From: Zootoca vivipara
Taxonomy: Eukaryota
Assembly: GCF_963506605.1 (NCBI RefSeq)
Contig: NC_083288.1
Location: 45,818,001 to 45,882,000, forward strand
Reading direction: 5' to 3'
Length of the DNA: 64,000 bases
The first letter of the stretch is position 1. The number at the start of each line of letters is the position of its first letter. The position numbers and the translations under genes are program-made. The notes beneath the pieces are model-generated. The model had not been told where the DNA came from. It saw nothing but the letters and a program-made list of their open reading frames with translations, and searched no databases. Positions 23,291 through 37,195 of the stretch are shown one piece after another.

Positions 23291-23798
23291 TGTCGCGGTC
23301 ACACTGAACTGCACATCACCCCCAGACGTTTGACGGTCTATTGGTGATGTGCCAACGACAAACAAATACTCTCAATCACTCACACACCTCAGACCAGGAT
23401 ATAGTAAAATAAAACAAGAAGGTTTATTGAATGTTCTTATGCGTATTGGTTACTGTACAAAGCTTAAACGGTTTCAAAATCACAGATGGTTCCTATACCG
23501 GCCTAATACCTCTAAATATAACTAATAATAATTATCACTAAACTCATAACACTGTATCCTGTCTATCTCACTATTTAACAGCCACCACAATAATAACCAG
23601 CTCTTATCTTCACACCAGCTCCTCTCATCTAACTCACTCTCCTCACATCTAACTCTCTCTCAACTCTCCTCATCTAACTCTCCTGCCTGCCTGCATTCTT
23701 CCTATATACACCCTGCTTCTGGCTGGAGAGCTCCCATTGGTCGTTTCCTTCCCTGGCAACTTAACCCCTTCTAGGCCCTCTAGAGGTGAAACGCCACA
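23291..23798 (-). mobile_element. Solo LTR
   Basis: TG...CA ends, 5-bp TSD GTCGC, reverse-strand AATAAA and TATA. Related to 32987-33490. Confidence 0.75.
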
Positions 23799-24663
23799 GT
23801 CGCTGCCACCGGTGACTTCCTTAGCAGCCACTCCCAACCCAAGCAAGGAAAGATGCACAGGGGCCGAATGTGACACAGGTAGCACACAGGCCTCACACAC
23901 AGTCAACTCTGGCCAAGGTAACTGCTTCTGACTCTGGGGCACAGTTAAAAAAATACCCCCCCCAAAAAAAACTCAGACATTTCCTATAACTATAAAATGC
24001 AAAAATTCCAATGGATGGAGATTTAGGCCCTCCAAACGAGGACTTATCAGAGATTTCCTGGACGTATGGCAACCCTAACATATTTTGAACTGGCAATAAA
24101 TAACATACCATTATCTAGAAAGAAAAAAACAACAACATGCCTATTGGAACAGTGACAATTATATATTAATAAATATTTATATAATGTTTATTTTTCTATC
24201 CCTCGTGCTTGACTGGGTATAATGGGAGCTGGAGTCGAAAAACATCTAGAATTCAACAAATTCATCACCACTGACCAACAGCATTGTTAAGATATTACAG
24301 AGTAGCCTCCAGTAAAACCATTACTGGGCAGTCTGTTAAATTAAGCAGTCACAATTTGGAAGCCTATCCTAATATTCAGTCACCCCCCAAATGTTTGAAT
24401 CTACTGTTTGTAGTCTTGCTCACTGGAGTGACAAGGATTAAATCCACACCATTGGGGGGGGGAGGGGTGATGACCTTTCAGTTATGTAGTGGCAGAAATC
24501 TTCCCATTTTCATGCTAAGCATATTCAGATCTTCAACATTTTGTTCTTTAGAATCTAACTTTTCCTTTTCCTTTTGGTTTTGCTTTTTTTCTCTTTCTGT
24601 CTCATTTTGAATCATAGCCATTGGATGTGTAACAGTATGATAAAAAGGGGGGGATAAGTTTCC

Positions 24664-27600
24664 TCAATGCTTCCTCCTTATCAGTTGCTCCCTGCTATTC
24701 AGCTCAGGCCTCAGCACAAGGAAGTAGCATTTAGGGCAAAAGATACAACCCAGTAACCCAGCAGTGGAGGCCAAGATGGAGAAGATCTCCACAGCCACCA
24801 GGCTTTTCCCTCCTGTGCTCAGGTAAGTTGGAATAAAGGACAACCAAACACTGCAAAAGGCCAACATGCTGAAAGTGATGAATTTTGCTTCATTAAAACT
24901 ATCAGGCAACTTGCGAGCAAGGAATGCCACCATGAAGCTGGTGATGGCCAGAAGACCCATGTAGCCCAAGACACAGTAGAACATGACGACTGACCCTTCA
25001 TTACATTGCAGAATGATTTCTTCCTTTGCTGAGTACATGTCAAAATCAGGAAATGGAGGAGAGGTTGCCATCCATGCAGTACAAAAACATATTTGAACAA
25101 GCGAACAGCAAATTACAATTGAATAGGACACTTTCCTCCCCATCCATTTCTTTATTCTGGATCCTGGTTTTGTAGCCATGAATGCTAGGGAAACTATGGT
25201 GGTCTTTGCCAACACACAAGAAACAGCCACTGAGAAGACAATGCCGAAAGTTGGTTGTCGGAGAATGCAGGTCAATTTCCCAGGTTGGCCAAGGAATAAC
25301 AAAGAAGATAGGAAACAGAACAGGAGGGAGACGAGGAGAGTATATGAAAGGTCCCGGTTGTTGGCTTTCACCATTGGCGTATCTTTCTGCTTAATAAATA
25401 TTCCTAACACGAGAGCTGTGATCAGAGAAAAGGAAACCACAGCTGAGACTAAAGTGATTCCTAAAGGTTCATCGTATGACAGAAAGGTTATAACTTTGGG
25501 GGTGCAATCATTTTTATTCTTGCTTGGATACTGAGCTCCTGGGCATTTGAAACAGTCATCTACATCTGAAAAATAGGAAAAGGTTCCATTTCAGTGTCAA
25601 TTTATTAGACACAAGACAGTAAATTAGCCCTTATGCTGCTAGAATTTAATCATCTACCAGTCTGGTTAGAAATCTTCCCTTCTGGGCACAGAACACAATC
25701 ATAGCAGCAAGATTTCTCCCCTTCCTTCCTTTTTTCCCGATTACCAGGCTGGCAGTGTTCATTACACAAAGAAAGGGGAAGCACCTATCCATATAAAGGA
25801 AAAAGAAGATTAGTGTGGGGATAATTTTAGTTTATTTTCTTCCTTTGCTTTTTGTTTTCAATTCTCCTGTGCACTGATTAGTAACTCTGCAGTTAAGTAT
25901 TAGAAAATAGTTGAAACAGCTAATTGCATATGAAAAATGAGTCAATCTCCAATTGCTGATGTAGCCTAATGCCTTAGACTATAACCACAAACCATTTTAT
26001 CCTTTGAACTGCCCTGTCACTTGCAGGTATAAGGCAGCATATTAATTCAATTAGCAGCAGCAGCAGCAACAACAACAGATACTACCAAATTAGTGCTTGC
26101 AAGTCACCTGAACTGAAATTGAATAAAGTGGACTAATTTATCTTCAGTTACAGGTAGGTAGCCGTGTTGGTCTGATGTAGTCAAAACAAAATAAAAATAA
26201 AATTCCTTCCAGTAGCACCTTAGGAACCAACTAAGTTTGTCACTGGTATGAGCTTTCGTGAATGCACATTTCTTCAGATACCATCTTTGACAGCTATGAA
26301 AGAAAACTTCCGTCTCCCTGAAGCAGAATCTAGTTTCAGAAGATAAAATGCTTTATATCTTCTCATAGGATGGGAAAGCAACAAATGTCTACAGTATCTG
26401 AATTAGATAAATTTTGAGACATGCGAGCCACATTCCTGTAAATGAAGATATTCCAGATTTCACCCCCCCAAAATGGCTACAATGTTTTCAGTGTAAGGAG
26501 CACTTAATTTTTTGAGATTTGTTTACAAGGCATGCTTTCAGAATAAATGAAATTTACAACCCATTCAGTATGTCTTGAACACATGCTATTTGCCACATTT
26601 TAGATATTTAACTGTGAGGTTTTTATGCAAATTCAGGTGGTAAGGATTAAAAGGGGTCTGTTTTAAAATTTTCTGAGAAGCTGTGGAGTAGTGATGCTTG
26701 TCGACTTGGGTAGCTTTAGGAGCGGATTACAAAAAAATCTTGGTGGAAAGAATTATCAGTCGTTACTAGCCACAATGGGTATCTTCCAATTCAACTGTCA
26801 GAATAAATATGTATCAAAATATCAATTGCTGGAAACCACAACTGGGTAGAGTGTTGTTGTGCACAATTCCTGCTTGTTTTCCTCCAACAGCGGTATGTTT
26901 GGCCCTAGTGAGAACATCTAATTAAATTAGATGAGCCTTCCAACTGATGTGATGCAGTAGGGTCTTCTTATATTCTCCTGGGTATTAAATATGTGATGAT
27001 GAAAAATACAGTTCGAAGATGTTCTTCTGCTCAATGTTGATGTGAAAATCACAGAAAGGTGCTGCTGGAGGGATGTGTAAGAGGTAGAGGGAATTATGCT
27101 TCTAACATTGTCCTGAAAAGCACCGCCTCATTTATACCCTATGCCATTATCACCAAAAGATTCCACGAACCTTACAAGCAGCAGACTATAGATGATCTGA
27201 GAGGTGGAGTTAACATCATAGCTGCCAAGTATCCCGTTTTCACCGGGAAAACCCCTTTTTTCCTACCGTTTCCCGGCGGTCTCCCGTTTAGGTTTTTATC
27301 CCGATATTCTCCCTTAAATCTGCTTCTGCCGGCGGCCATTTTTCTGGTGCCGCTTTGCCCTTCTATGGGCACCAGAAAATGGCGCCGGTCGCTTCTACGC
27401 GTGTCCAGAAACGCAACTTCCGGTGGCGCTTTGCCCTTCTATGGGCACCAGAAAATGGCGGCGGCGGTGCCGGAAGTCGCTTTTACGCATTTCCGGTCAT
27501 GCATAGAAGCGACTTCCGGCACTGGCGCTGCCATTTTCTGGTGCCCATAGAAGGGCAAAGCGCCACCCGAAGTTGCGTCTACGCAACTTCCGGTGTCGTG

Positions 27601-30600
27601 GGCTGCCGATCCCGGAATTTTCTGTCCAGGACTTGGCAGGTATGGTCAACATACTGATGCAGAAACAGTGTCCTGAAGTAGCTAAGAGCTGTAAGGTGCA
27701 CAGGTCATGAAATATTTACAGAAAATCCAGCATACTTTCCAAAATAAGAATGACAATATATGTATTATCCTGTTTTTGAAAATCAAAGTTATCACTCAGT
27801 TCATTCTGAAGCTTGGTGACCCATTGCAAACTCAGGTTATGGAGAATAGAGAAGTCCTTACTGTTGGGATTTATGCTGCTCTGGGGTCACCCGAAGGCCC
27901 CCTCAGTCCCACTGACCTTTCCGAGCATCCTTCCAGTAAGCACAACTCTGAAATGGCACATCCCTTCATTCCAGTGGGCCCTTCAGTGACATAAACCAGT
28001 TTGATTTATGCACCCTAATCTTCTGGCATTACACAGCAAGAGCAATGAACCATCCGTAGATCTAAACGATGTATTTATTTACACTATTTACACACAGAGA
28101 ATCATGACGCTCTCTCTCATGCAGCTCCGAGAGAGAACAAGCAAGCAAAAGTGAAAGGACCTTGAAAAATACATACAGATGGGATTGTATCCGGTTCCCA
28201 CGCTTCTTCTCAGACAGGCATGTAAATTACACCATTCACAAAAAGCAGCCTTGGAGGAGTGATTTGCTAACGTTTACATCATTGTTAATAACAAAGGGTT
28301 CACTGAGGAAACTACAGCATCCATACCTCATTAAAACATCTTGGCCACACAATTATATCATCACTGATCATGAATACTTTTCCATCACGGGGCTTGGTAT
28401 CAACCCTTCCAACTTTCACTCTCTGGAATGACTTGTTTGGGAATGTAATCATGTTGGTTATGTCAAAGCCACGACCCATTTCCCATTTATCATCAAAGGC
28501 CATAGTTTCTCCAACTGAGTTGTTGAATGAAATGCCTTGAAGAAACAGGTGGAGCTGATTGAAAAAAGGAAAATAAAAATCACAACTGGATAACCACAAG
28601 CTAAAAAAAACTGCTCCACACATACACCCCAAAATGCTGTAGAAATTTCTAAAATTAGTTATACAGTGGTACTTTCGTTGATGAATGGCTTGGCTCCAGA
28701 ACTAATCGGCTTCCGAATGCCACAAACCTGGAAGTAACGTTTTTTTGAAGACAAACGTCCAACATGGCTTTCACTTGTCTGCAGGAATCTCCTGCACCCT
28801 ATCGAAATCTGTGCCTTGGTTTTCAAATATTTCGGGAGTCAAATGGACTACCGGAACAGATTGAGAACCAAGGTACCACTGTACAAGGTGGAGGAAGCTG
28901 GATGTAGGCCCAAATTATGTTAATTAATCTGTTCATTGTATTAAGAAGGTTTTGGTGTGGAGAAAAGTAAACCTACTGCCCACCCAAATATTATCTGTTA
29001 TTCAAGGAGGAGAAAGTTGGAGGTAGCCACACCTTGCATGTTCAATTTGAAGAAATAAGCTTTTGTTGTGGAACCATTACCTGCCAAGCTTGCAGTGGCT
29101 GATGTTTAACATTGTAACCAACCACTGTTGATCTGTGCTTGGCTCTAGATGTGTACATGGCATGCAAAGCATGAGCAATAACGTATACAGCATTGTAGAT
29201 GCTGTAGCTGTGGCCATGCATGTGCATTTCAAAAAGTCCAGCAGGGAGACTTTCCAGCCTCTCCTCTCCAGTACAGGTGTCATCATCCATTGCAGGCATC
29301 CCTGGATCTGGAAACAAACAGTCAAAGGCTTGCTCCCAGAAATCTTTCACAAAACCATCTCCTTGAGTCCTCTTTGGCTTTATGTTCTGAAGAAATCCCC
29401 TGAACCCTGGTACCTCTTTTGTGTGAATTGCGAAGGAAATGGCACCCTGGAACATCTGGAAATCCCATCCTCTTGAAACTCCAGATAATACAAATTCTAT
29501 CTGGGTTGTCATAATCCACACCTTTCCAGATAATATGCTTTCCTTATTTCCAGAATCTTGTGAACCTATAAAAGTTCTCAGCCATAGAACTGTTTCAGGA
29601 TCTCCATATACAATATTTGCATTGGCTTTATAATCTGCAAAAGATACGCTAATTAAATTTTCCTCATAAAAGTGATTTATGAATTCCTCCATACGAGCTA
29701 CTTGTGGGATTCTTCTTGTGAAGGCTGAACAGATTCCATGCCTGGAAAACAATGACTCCAGTATTCTTAGGAAATGCTCTCCACTGTTATCATCCATAAC
29801 AAAGAGCCCCACCCATGTCCACCTAAAATGCTGAAGTAACCAGATAATGCCCTTATATTGAAGGCTTTCATTTGGAACCATGCGGAAAAAAGGGGGGACT
29901 TCCATACTTTGGATCTCATCTGGGGCAAATGAACCATATGTAAGCTGTAAGAAAATGAACATATACAATCAAGATGAGTTATAAATATCCCTATCCTATC
30001 CTATCCCTAGTCCCAGTAAAGGAAGAATGGATACAAAAAACTTATGGAATATGCAGAAATAGCGAAACTTACTGGAAGAATAAGAAATCAAGATAACAAA
30101 CTCTTTATTAAATAATGGTTTATTGAATATTTACAGATAAATCGTAAACAGATAAAAACATTCGCATGATTATGGTATTAACCTGCAAATTTATAAGAAT
30201 ATATATAACAGTAGACAATTAAATGAGTAAATTAAATGAATTTGGATATGCAGAAGATATGAAAGGAAGCCCAGAAAGAGGGGGAAGGAAGTCAAATTTT
30301 GAAACGTTAAAATGTATTGTGAAATTAATGAAATGTGTGAACTATAAATAAAAAAACCAAAGAAAGAAACCCCCACACCCCATATTACCTGTGGGATCTT
30401 GTAGAGATCCGTGATGTCCCTCATATGAAATGAGGTGTCAGAGCCAAGTCCTCCAATAATTGCTAGGAGGTTTTTGTGTGACCCACATTCATAGTTGGGA
30501 AGAAAACTCTCTGATTTAAAGATAAGATCCAGTGTGGTGCGATAGGTCATCCTTGCATCATGATAGCTGTCGGAGATGTGGAAACCAAGTGTGACATTAG

Positions 30601-31850
30601 GTAGTAATTTGGGATTCTTGTTGATGTCATTTATGGCAAACACCAGAGCCAGGATGTGTGAGTAGAACTTGGTCACCACACTGCCAAGAGAGATGAGTTC
30701 ATTAATTTAAATGATGAGTCTATAATAAACAAATTCATGATGCTATAATACTAGATATTCCTTATTACCATGTGTAACTGAATTGGAATATTGGACTATA
30801 TTTTATATTTGTGATTCCCTCTCCTCAATGCCACACCATCCTCTTCAGAAGAAAAGTTTATTGTGCAAAATGACATAGAGTGGAAAAGTCAGTATTCTGA
30901 TGCTATGTGTGTAATATTGTATTGGTTGTCACATGTAGTACCAGATTTTTGGGATTTCCCCCCCTATTTGTTTCCAATATCTCAGAGTTAATAAATCCTT
31001 TTCAACTAAATAATGCTTCTAATATATGTTGCACCAGAACATATTTGCCATATGTCATTTTTAGGGCCTTGACACGTTTTGTGATCTCTCTTTTTCTCTG
31101 CCCATTCCACTAGGTATACCCACAACAGTCACTTTCTCTTTATTTTTTAATGAACATATATGGTCACTTAAGCAAACTTGATTCAAGACATTATAAGAAC
31201 ATTCATTTGGTACCAAGAAGGCAGAGAGAAGTATAAATAACCCCACCCAAGAGATAAACAAATGTGTCAAAGGAGTCAGAGGGAAAAGGCAAATACTCTG
31301 ATGTATCTAAAATTCTATTTCCATAATATATTTTTCCATGTCTGTCCATCTTTTTTGTGCAAGTTTTCACATTTAGATTTCTTATACACTTTTTGAAAAC
31401 TAGTATAGCTAACAGCAGCTCTTTCCCTAGCATTTTCAATGTTCCCCCTATTCCTGCACAAAGTTTTAAGGCATCTAGAGGCGTACAAAATTAGAAGATT
31501 AAATGCAACAATCAAAGTTGTTCCCCATTCCTGGTATTAACTTTTAACAACTAAAATGCAATGCATTCAGGAGGTGCAAATGGGGATTCTTACTGTGGAA
31601 CATCAAATATTGTCTGGGATGGATGTTCCTTGAAAGAGACTTCATTGAAAAAATAAGAGACCTGAGAAACAATCCCACCAATGAGGAGTCCACCTGCCTG
31701 GTAGAAATCATGTGGAACAGGCAGGGGTTCATCTCTGAGACATCTCATAATATCTACTTGGCAGACAATGGGAGGAAGAAGAAGTAGCAGCATTGTTATT
31801 CTCAACATGTTGGCAGCAAAAATTCTTTGTAAATGCACATTCTCTTGCAT
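24664..31850 (-). CDS. Vmn2r: V2R gene B1 (~889 aa). Exons 31850-31594, 30680-30389, 29944-29081, 28554-28327, 25784-25658, 25565-24664
   Basis: Six GT-AG exons of paralog-typical sizes (292, 228, 127 bp), open frame, 7TM motifs. Confidence 0.92.
26148..26282 (-). mobile_element. Penelope-like terminal-repeat fragment carrying a minimal hammerhead ribozyme core (26245-26282)
   Basis: Reverse strand: GGTAT-CTGAAGA-AATGTGCATTCAC-GAAA-GCTC-ATACC. Confidence 0.7.
27217..27644. mobile_element. hAT-like MITE, copy 2
   Basis: TIR CATAGCTGCCAAGT and TSD GTTAACAT/GTCAACAT. Confidence 0.85.
28664..28881. mobile_element. Tc1/mariner (Tigger-like) MITE
   Basis: TA-CAGTGGTAC...GTACCACTG-TA. Confidence 0.75.
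30010..30365 (+). mobile_element. L1-like LINE 3' end
   Basis: [23 protein letters not shown] resembles the ORF2 end at 47298-47672. Ends in AATAAA and an A-rich tail. Confidence 0.6.
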
Positions 31851-32563
31851 CCATCTCCCTGTTTCAGTCAGTTAGATTGAATGATCCCTGACTCTGCCAA
31901 ATTAGCCCCAGAATTTTCATTAAGAGTGTTACAAATAACTTCAATACTATCTGATATCACCAACTTTCCAGTTTCAATGTGGCTTATAAAAAAGAAAAGG
32001 GAGAGAGTGTAAAGAAATGGCCATGTTTACCTCATGTACTTAATCCCAGTTGGCCATGCTAGAGGGATTTTTGTATAATCACTTTCAGGCCTGTGTAGTG
32101 ACTGTTTTCTTCTGCCTTCTTGGGAGCTTCAGACAGGTGAACACATAGTGTTTTGCTTAATTGTAGGGAGAGATAACTACTATTTCAGAGTGCACATCCT
32201 GAATGGCACTTTTGGCATGAAACATGATGGCTCATTTTTCCACAGCTGACCAAAAATATTCTCTACTTCCTAAAGAAATGTGACATTGGACTTCAGTTGC
32301 AAAAGGAGCCTGGGAATGTTGGCTGCCACTGTGACCACTGAGAGCTATCCTATAACTGTTTCTTACAGTAATGACAAGCACCATTAAAAAGGAAATGAAA
32401 CCAGGATTAGGTATTGCAATTGCATTGCTCCCACGAATGGCTGGGAGGCATGTAGCATGATGATTTCCTTAAAAAACCCCTCAACAACTTGATTTTCTAA
32501 AAACTGAATGACAAAATCCCTGGCTACACCAATGTATAGGACCCAAACCAATTGCTTCAATAT

Positions 32564-32775
32564 ACAGTGGTACCTCTACTTACGAATTTAATGCGTTCCG
32601 AACGCACATTCGTAAGTCGAAAAAAATTGTAAGTCGAATCCCATAGGAATGCATTGGGGAAAAAATTCGTAAGTAGAAGCAACCCTATCTAAAAATTCAT
32701 AAGTAGAAAAAAATCCTATCTAAACTGCATCCAAGATGGCGGACGGAGCTCCATTCGTAAGTAGAGTTATTTGTA

Positions 32776-32777
<2 letters not shown>
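32564..32777. mobile_element. Partial Tigger-like MITE
   Basis: TA-CAGTGGTACCTCTACTTACG left end with internal TTCGTAAGT repeats. Right end is replaced by (AG)n. Confidence 0.6.
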
Positions 32778-32833
<56 letters not shown>

Positions 32834-32986
32834 CTGACTAAACATCAGGAAGAATCTCCTGACAGTTCAGCCTTTGGAAGGTGGTTGACTCTCCTTCATT
32901 GCAGGTTTTTAAGCAGAGGTTTATGGACATCTGGCATAGATGTTTTAGCCAGTTTTCCTGCATAGCAAAGTGTTGGACTACATGAC

Positions 32987-33490
32987 TTTGGCGGTTGCCT
33001 CCACCGGTACAGGACCCCCAGACGTTTCACGGTCCATTGATTCCTGTACAAACCACTTTATTATACCGCGGCCACCAACCAGTAATAAGTCTGGTAACTA
33101 TCCACTACGTCAGACAAGGATGATGTTTGAACAAAAGAGGTTTATTTAGAAATGGTACATAAGCGTATGGTTTCAATAGTTAAGTTCCTGAATTCTTATA
33201 TAACCGTTCCTATTACCTCTAACCTTTAATAACTAAACTGTCAAACACTCTATCCTTTCTGATTACCTACCACCTAATGCCTCACCCTCAGTCTCTATGC
33301 CACACCTCATCCACCTCCCACACAACTCCCTCATCTCTCTCAACAACCCACGCAACTCCCCCAACTCAACTCCCTTCTACCTCCCAGGGGTGGGTTTATA
33401 TAGTCCTCCTAACCCCACCCCCTAGGGTTATAACTGTCATTACCTGTTAACCCCTTCTATACCAGGCCTGACTTTAGGGTGATCGTCACA
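32987..33490 (-). mobile_element. Solo LTR nested in a CR1-tail-like repeat
   Basis: 5-bp TSD ATGAC and ...TCACA end. Shares CCCCAGACGTTT.ACGGTC.ATTG and TTAACCCCTTCTA with 23291-23798. Confidence 0.7.
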
Positions 33491-34440
33491 ATGACCCTTG
33501 GGGTCCTTTCCAACTCTTACAATGCTGTGATATTATGATAAGCAGTGTAACCTGAGTCATTGGCTTAGCTCTAGCCCCAATGATAATGAACAGTGTTTTG
33601 GACACCATAGCACCAGATCTCCCTGAGTGAATTGAGTTTATAAATCAATAGTTCACTTGCACTATATATGTCACAGTTTTATTTAATGTTTTCTTTTCCA
33701 TCCCCCCTTACCTGAGGCCTGAGGAATTCTATAAAGCCCCAGTTCCAAAAGCATTAGAAGCTCAGCAAAGTCAACGTTGCTCAATATTAGTTAATACTGA
33801 ACATGGAAATACCAGGGATTGAACCCTGTATCTCATCTATTAAAAATAGGGCTGTCTGTCAAAATGCCCAGGAAAACCCAGATGAATGGCGTGCGCGGGG
33901 GGGTGGTGACTGTATTTTCACTTTGGGGAATATGGAAACCCTACTTTAAAAGATGTGTTCTTCCTTTGAACTTTTCACCAGTCACAGGCTGGCATACTTC
34001 AGATAGATGAACAATCTATGCTCCATATGGCAAAAGTGGTCTTCTGTGTGGATCTCCAAACATAGACTTTCATTGAACTCCCATTGGTTGTGAGAGCTGC
34101 TGTAAAAATAACTGTATGCACCCGTACCGTAGAAGCAACAGCAGTCTCAGAAGAACGTTTTTACTTTCTGCAGTTTCCAGTAACTAGCATTTAGATTGCT
34201 GCTACCGGTGGAAATAATGCCTTCAATGGTGGTGGTAGAACATCACCATCAGGGCTGATATCGACTGATAGATATCCTTCATCAAATTCACTACTTCTAG
34301 TAGGAGTGAAATCCATAGTTTAACTATGTATTGTGTAAAGGAGTACTTTCTTCTGTGTCTCCTAAACTTTTCAATAATCGCTCTCACTTGATACTCCCAA
34401 CTTCTATTGTTATGAAACAGGGGGAAAAACTTTTATCTAT

Positions 34441-34575
34441 NNNNNNNNNNNNNNNNNNNNNNNNNNNNNNNNNNNNNNNNNNNNNNNNNNNNNNNNNNNN
34501 NNNNNNNNNNNNNNNNNNNNNNNNNNNNNNNNNNNNNNNNNNNNNNNNNNNNNNNNNNNNNNNNNNNNNNNNNNN
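34441..34575. other. Assembly gap
   Basis: Run of N. Confidence 1.
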
Positions 34576-34620
34576 NTCCTGGTACTTGCCTTTTTTAAAC
34601 TAGAAAGACCCTCCTAAATT

Positions 34621-34900
34621 GTTCTGACTCAAGTGGATTCAGAATTGAAAAAAAACCTGAATAATCTGTTCAATGGCAGTGTTCTATGAGGGGATTTCTT
34701 GTGGTTGACTACAGGATGAGTTTGATAAGGCAGAAATCAGGGAAAGGACTGCAGCAGCTGCTGTGGTACTGGAAATCTTAAGAAAGCTATGTCCTTGCCA
34801 TCCAAGGAAGCTTACAGCTTAAAGTCTCCAAGGCAACTCCAATTTTTGTCTGCAACTAACTCCCAAGGACACTGCTATGTAATACTGTGACGGGACACAG
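34621..34900 (+). pseudogene. IGHV: Decayed IGHV pseudogene, paralog of the V at 3685-3988
   Basis: VLTQVDSELKK, IRQKSGKGL, YWKS*, LAIQG, KDTAM*YC, then CACAG. The 3' flank matches 4030-4100. Confidence 0.85.
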
Positions 34901-35817
34901 CTGTCATTCCAAAACCCTTGTGATAAAGCAACTCTGGAAGGAATTGTCTGGGAGGAGAGACAGTGTTGTCAGAACTGATGGGGAACCTCTTGTCTGTTCA
35001 TCCAGTGGGAATGCAGAGATTCTTGTTCTTCCATCATAGGAAGAAAATGGTGTATGAACTTCATCAGGGCATAACATCCTGCTAATGAAAACCACCTTCC
35101 TCCAACCCAAGATAAAATAAAACTTATTTGAAGAAAGAAGTTGCAGCACTGGTTTCTAACATCCACAAAGAGCAGTCTTAGATCACAACTTTATATTTAA
35201 TGATAGTTGGCAGTGGCAAAATATTAAAATATTGCAGAAGTCTACCACACCTATAAGCCTAAGGGGTCCATGGAAAAAGTAATCAGGAAGATGTTAGTCA
35301 ATTTAACCTCCCCCGTATCTGAAGTGCATTAGAAGGGAATCAAGGTCCACACAGATTGTTCTATATCCTAATAAAATTGATTCTGAATCTCAGATTCTTC
35401 TAGGGGGTTGTCCATATTATTCTTTGTGAATGCAGCAACAAAGGGCAACACCTTTTTTAGTGGGGATAGTGGGGAATATTCTGGCTCTTAACTGGAATTT
35501 AGCAATGCGGCATTGGACTAAGTAGAGTTGCTAACTGATGCATAAGAATATAAACAAACATGAAATAAAAAGATAGGGAAGGTAGGTTGTCGGTTGGTGT
35601 ATCATCTATTCTGTTTCATATGTCTGTTTTTTGTAAAGCATAGGTGGCTAACCTTTGACTCACCAGATACTAAATAACAATAGATTTGTAGAGTTGGAAG
35701 GTATCATGAGGATCATCTGGTCAAACCCCCTTTTGGACTGCACCTCTTATTACCATCCTGGTTAGGGCTGATGCAAGTAGGAGTCGAGATCATATCATGC
35801 CTCCTTATTTTATGTAA

Positions 35818-36297
35818 TCCTATATAATAAAGTGCAAGTGTCTCTGCGTCCAGATTCCCTGTGTCCGCGCTACTGCGCATGTGCCCCACGGACACAGGGA
35901 TTGGATGCAGAGACTGCACGCACACACACGTGCACTCTCCCCACCTCCCCACCTACCGTTTCCCTGCAGCCGCCAACCGCTGCTCCCAGCTGGACTGAGC
36001 ATTGGTGGCGGGGGGGGGGGGGGAGAGTGCGCGTGTGCGTCCAGCAAGGACAGGTCCCGGGGTTCGGAGAAGCGCTGCGCAAGTGCTTCTCCAAACCCCG
36101 GGATGTCTCCTTCCTATCGGTGGCTGGGGGAGAGGAAGGAAGGGAGGAGGAGAAAGAGCTGCTTTCTCTTCCTTCGTTCCTGTCCCCCTGCCACCGACAA
36201 CAAGGACAGGTCCCGGGTTTCGGAGAAGCGCTACGCAAGCGCTTCTCCGAACCCCAGGATGTTCTAGCGCCCATTCACTCAACGGGCTGAATTACAT
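35818..36297 (+). mobile_element. Possible non-autonomous Helitron-like element
   Basis: 5' TCCTATATAATAAA start, GC-rich internal duplication, subterminal hairpin GCCC...GGGC. The terminal CTAG is not intact. Confidence 0.5.
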
Positions 36298-37195
36298 GGA
36301 TAGGCACTTCCTCTTTTGCATGATTATGTTCACTTTTTAAAAAGGTGATTTCACTTAGATTCTGAGCATTTTAACAGTTAATTTGTGCATTTGTGCTAGA
36401 CTATTTTAATAGACATTTTATATTTTATGTAAACTGAGAAGATTATATGGATGATTGAGCAGTATGTAAATCTGAAAAAAATAATTAGACAAAGTCATAT
36501 TGAAGACCACAGGTTTGTCACCCCTGATACAGAGAAGAGTGACAAGGAGACAAATGGAAAACCACAATTTCCTCTCCTGCATATAAAAAATGTGAAATGG
36601 ATTGGTTCCACCTCTAATGCTATCAACATCTCATACTCCATGCAAGTTTCTTATTAGCAGCTCAGTCTCTGTCTATGAATGTAACAGAATGACATTGTAG
36701 AATTATGAAGTGGCAGAAAGGATGCAAACACTTCATGATGTGGGGGATACCAATTTTGACTGCCTACTATTAAAAAACCACTTCACAATTATACAACATC
36801 TAGGAGAAAAGTATTGTATCATCAATTTGCCTGTCATGAAGAGCATCAGAAGGTATGATGAAGGCAAAGAAGCTTTAGAAATCTATCATCTATCTATCTA
36901 TGATCATCTATCATCCACAGAAGTGTTACTAGATCATCAATAATGATCATCAATAATGATCTAGTAAGCCATATGCTCCTAAAGCCTACTATATGTCCAA
37001 CCCACCTAATATTTTGATTCAAATCATAAAGATTATTTAATTCTTTCTTCTTATTAGTTGTTCCCTACTGTTCAGTTCAGGCTTCATCACAACTTTCAGT
37101 GAATATCTATCAGTAATGTTCTAGTAAGCCGTATGCTCCTCAAGCCTATGTGCAACCCACCTAATAATATGATAGATACAAAACATATAGGTATT

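Noticed and set aside
35713-36340. Cluster of 100-150 aa ORFs
   Set aside because: GC-rich repeat interior with no recognisable protein.
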